Origin: a virus
Taxonomy: Duplodnaviria; Heunggongvirae; Uroviricota; Caudoviricetes
Strand: one strand, 5' to 3'
Length of the DNA: 9,660 nt
Virus record (IMG/VR): IMGVR_UViG_2706794688_000013
Shown: positions 7,611 through 9,660 of the stretch, piece after piece
Layout: each line of letters begins with the position of its first letter
Numbering within the stretch: position 1 is the stretch's first letter
Position numbers and translations under genes: made by a program
Notes under the pieces: model-generated
What the model was told of the DNA's origin: nothing
What the model saw: the letters and a program-made list of their open reading frames with translations, nothing else
Databases searched by the model: none

Positions 7611-8111
7611 ATGAAAAGAAAATCATTGTCAGACACCGACCTCAACGCCGCCAGAAGACTGAAAGAAATCTGGATGGCAAAGAAATCTCAGTTGGGATTG
7701 ACTCAGGAACGTGCGGCGGAAATTATGGGGTTTTCAACACAAGGGGCGGTAAGTCACTACCTAAATGGTCAAACCCCACTAAACCTTGAGGCTGTTCTAA
7801 AGTTTGCTGGCTTACTGAAAGTTCCCCCTGAGTCAATCAGGCCAGACATGGTAGATTTGCTGCAAATTGCAAGGATGTATTGTCGAGAACCACAGCAAGA
7901 TAACATAGTCGCATTACCAGCAGACACAGAACAAACAGAGGATGAACTACCGTTTGCCGTAGAGCCGATGGAACGAGATTTAATCCATACGTTCAGAGCT
8001 TTTCCGAAAGAAGATCAAGAACACATGCTTCAGGAGATGAAAGATAAAAAAGAATCAATGGATCGTACGGTTGCGCGGTGGTTAGCTGCACAAAAAGGCC
8101 GTCGCGCCTAA
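7611..8111 (+). CDS. HTH (XRE-family) repressor; candidate immunity repressor and/or PaaR-like regulator of the downstream toxin-antitoxin pair
   Basis: ATG at 7611 is preferred over the ORF track's start at 7581. N-terminal HTH (LTQERAAEIMGFSTQGAVSHYLNG). No Ser-Lys peptidase (LexA/S24-like) C-terminal domain is recognisable. Divergent from the Cro-like gene. Confidence 0.7.
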   Translation: MKRKSLSDTDLNAARRLKEIWMAKKSQLGLTQERAAEIMGFSTQGAVSHYLNGQTPLNLEAVLKFAGLLKVPPESIRPDMVDLLQIARMYCREPQQDNIVALPADTEQTEDELPFAVEPMERDLIHTFRAFPKEDQEHMLQEMKDKKESMDRTVARWLAAQKGRRA

Positions 8112-8130
8112 ATCAGAGGAGATATGTAAA

Positions 8131-8325
8131 ATGAGTACAGTCCTTTCCCCAATGGTTTCAGAATTTGAGACAGTTGAGCAAGAAAATAGTTACAACGAAT
8201 GGCTGCGGGCCAAAGTAGCAGCAAGCCTCGCGGATCCCCGCCCGGCGATTCCGCATGATGAGGTAATGGCGGAAATGGAACAAATTATTGCCCAAATTGC
8301 TGCTGCAACTCACAGAGGTGAATAA
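8131..8325 (+). CDS. Small antitoxin (PaaA/ParD-like)
   Basis: 64-aa acidic protein directly upstream of a ParE-like toxin, with a 1-nt stop/start overlap (TAATG). Shine-Dalgarno GAGGA lies 10 nt upstream. Confidence 0.65.
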   Translation: MSTVLSPMVSEFETVEQENSYNEWLRAKVAASLADPRPAIPHDEVMAEMEQIIAQIAAATHRGE

Positions 8326-8615
8326 TGTTACCCGTTTTATGGCTACCATCTGCTCGTGATGATTTGCGCCAGATCGTAGCCTACATAGCTAAAGAAAATC
8401 CCGCGGCAGCACGCAGAATGAAAATTCGAATTGAAACATCCGTTTTGCCGCTCACAGAGCATCCTTACCTGTATCCTCCAAGCGAGCGAGTTCTTGGTCT
8501 TCGTGAAATTGTAACTCATCCTAACTACATCATCCTTTACCGAGTAACAGCATCAAGCATAGAAGTAGTAAATATTGTGCATTCTCGAAGACAGTATCCA
8601 GGCAAAAACAGTTAA
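8325..8615 (+). CDS. ParE/RelE-superfamily toxin
   Basis: 96 aa with the ParE-like pattern: N-terminal W..SARDDLRQIVAYI, then PYLYP...GLREIVTHPNYIILYRV, then VVNIVHSRRQYP at the C-terminus. Coupled to the antitoxin. Confidence 0.75.
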   Translation: MLPVLWLPSARDDLRQIVAYIAKENPAAARRMKIRIETSVLPLTEHPYLYPPSERVLGLREIVTHPNYIILYRVTASSIEVVNIVHSRRQYPGKNS

Positions 8616-8631
8616 TTATTCCCGCCGACAG

Positions 8632-8656
8632 AACCACCTTAGGGTGGTTTTTTCTT
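8632..8656 (+). terminator. Rho-independent terminator after the toxin gene
   Basis: Stem AACCACC (8632..8638), loop TTAG, stem GGTGGTT (8643..8649), running into TTTTTTCTT. Confidence 0.6.
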
Positions 8657-8671
8657 GCCCCAACAAAAAAC

Positions 8672-8714
8672 AATAGCGATGCTATTTACATCAAAAAAAA
8701 ATAATGATGCTATT
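8672..8714. promoter_or_regulatory. Second pair of operator-like palindromes (same consensus as 7536..7575)
   Basis: 8672..8686 AATAGCgatGCTATT (perfect 6-3-6 inverted repeat) and 8700..8714 AATAATgatGCTATT, 28 bp centre to centre. TTTACA at 8685..8690 could serve as a -35 for a rightward promoter. Confidence 0.4.
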
Positions 8715-8895
8715 GTTTCAGGCGTCAACCCACCCCGCCCCACAGAATGCAGGGCAATACTTCGAGTTACCAGACAGTGGTCAGGGGTTAAGTAGCCAGC
8801 CCGAGGCGTAAGAACATGACGGCAGGGTTCAATCTTTAACTATGCAGCAGGTTTTTTGTTCCGCCACCCCGGCGTTAAGGGGAAATGAGGTCAGC

Positions 8896-9048
8896 ATGGA
8901 TACTATCGATCTTGGCAACAACGAATCTCTGGTGTGCGGCGTGTTCCCTAACCAGGATGGAACGTTTACCGCCATGACGTATACCAAAAGCAAAACGTTT
9001 AAAACCGAATCTGGCGCGCGTTGCTGGTTAGCCAGAAACACTGACTGA
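8896..9048 (+). CDS. Small hypothetical prophage protein (50 aa)
   Basis: ATG at 8896 with GAGG 5 nt upstream; the ORF track's upstream extension has no ribosome-binding site. The sequence MDTIDLGNNESLV... resembles small proteins I associate with Rac-type prophages (YdaF-like), but that is from memory only. Confidence 0.5.
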   Translation: MDTIDLGNNESLVCGVFPNQDGTFTAMTYTKSKTFKTESGARCWLARNTD

Positions 9049-9059
9049 TGAGGCTGACG

Positions 9060-9425
9060 ATGGAATTTAAAGATTTACCGTCTGATGTACAGAAAACAGC
9101 AGCTCATACATTGCATTCTGTGCTGCGAGAAATCGGGAAAGATATTGCAAGCGAGCCAGCAAAAGATCTGGCCCGGAAAATCAAGACCGCTTTCGTTGAG
9201 CTTTATAATGTTGGCACTGACTCTGAAACTGTCGAGACCAAGACCGTAAGTTCACCAATATTCTCACTTGAGCCAAGCGTATTATCAGGTGAAATATGCA
9301 CCGAGATTTCCAGCGAACTGCTTCCGGTAATACGAGAAGCAATTCGCCGTCGCGGTTTGGATGGAAGTTATGATCATGACGTTCTGCAAGTTCTCAGGAC
9401 AATGGTGACTTCACTGGGGATTTGA
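9060..9425 (+). CDS. Hypothetical protein (about 121 aa)
   Basis: ATG at 9060 is preceded by GAGG with a 6-nt spacer; it follows the upstream gene's stop (9046..9048) by 11 nt. No recognisable motif. Confidence 0.5.
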   Translation: MEFKDLPSDVQKTAAHTLHSVLREIGKDIASEPAKDLARKIKTAFVELYNVGTDSETVETKTVSSPIFSLEPSVLSGEICTEISSELLPVIREAIRRRGLDGSYDHDVLQVLRTMVTSLGI

Positions 9426-9557
9426 TCCCTGCGTCCTCTAAGCTTTTGATATAGCGGTCCTCCAAGAAGCGGTAAATTTTGTCGAAATCATCTTTTCCCT
9501 CTGGTTTATTCAGAGGATTACAGGACCCGTAAGTAGCGGCATACATTTCAACCGTTT

Positions 9558-9660
9558 GGTAATGACTCCAACTTATTGATAGTGTTTTATGTTCAGATAA
9601 TGCCCGATGACTTTGTCATGCAGCTCCACCGATTTTGAGAACGACAGCGACTTCCGTCCC
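9558..9660 (-). mobile_element. IS1 right end (terminal inverted repeat plus the 3' end of insB), truncated by the window edge
   Basis: 9558 onward reads GGTAATGACTCCAACTTATTGATAGTGTTTTATGTTCAGATAATGCCCGATGACTTTGTCATGCAGCTCCACCGATTTTGAGAACGACAGCGACTTCCGTCCC, the complement of the IS1 right terminus and insB C-terminus (…SFSKSVELHDKVIGHYLNIKHYQ*) as I recall it. The insB stop corresponds to plus-strand 9574..9576. Confidence 0.85.

Noticed and set aside
294-7789. Many short ORFs from the six-frame track on the strand opposite, or out of frame, to the genes called above (for example 294..569, 943..1197, 2022..2309, 2069..2278, 3322..3576, 3365..3649, 4033..4332, 4079..4270, 4286..4522, 4810..5097, 5087..5296, 5935..6213, 6402..6593, 6600..6866, 6876..7082, 7072..7275, 7607..7789), plus 8158..8349 and 8829..9041 further right
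   Set aside because: Each overlaps a longer ORF with recognisable motifs or operon logic, lacks a ribosome-binding site, and has no protein-like features. They are treated as shadow ORFs.
7611-8111. Considered whether the repressor is a LexA/cI-type self-cleaving repressor (SOS-inducible)
   Set aside because: The C-terminal half shows no recognisable Ala-Gly cleavage site and Ser...Lys peptidase arrangement. It looks more like RacR or PaaR-type regulators; induction mechanism is unknown.
8864-8875. Short GC hairpin (CGCC-ACCC-GGCG) in the leader upstream of 8896, considered as a terminator or attenuator
   Set aside because: 4-bp stem with no following T-tract; too weak to call.
9394-9546. 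50-aa minus-strand ORF (MYAATYGSC...) starting 12 nt inside the IS1-proximal spacer and overlapping the 3' end of the 9060..9425 gene
   Set aside because: Below the track threshold, no clear ribosome-binding site, no motifs. It could be a remnant or be driven by outward transcription from IS1, but there is no support for it as a gene.

Overview
This window reads as the early (immunity plus replication) module of a lambdoid, Rac-type prophage or phage-plasmid, carrying two cargo modules and bracketed by IS1 ends. All family names come from reading motifs and from memory of known sequences; no database search was run. Minus strand, in transcription order: a Cro/YdaS-like HTH gene, a YdaT-like gene, an O-like replication initiator with two phased CGTGAC iteron arrays and an AT-rich repeat inside it (candidate origin), a DnaC-like helicase loader, three small unknown genes, then an AT-richer Type II restriction-modification operon (N6-adenine methyltransferase and a putative restriction endonuclease, overlapping by ATGA). 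A 253-nt run of N (5480..5732) hides the junction between the O-like and DnaC-like genes. Plus strand: an HTH repressor followed by a small antitoxin and a ParE-family toxin (a PaaR-PaaA-ParE-like three-gene arrangement), a terminator, then two small unknown genes. Four 15-bp palindromes of one consensus (AATAGY-N3-RCTATT) sit in two pairs on either side of the repressor-toxin operon, resembling a lambda OR/OL layout. Positions 1..90 and 9558..9660 are IS1 termini in the same orientation. The most interesting candidates are the R-M operon as prophage cargo, the repressor-linked toxin-antitoxin module with its flanking operators, and the three-gene unknown cassette.
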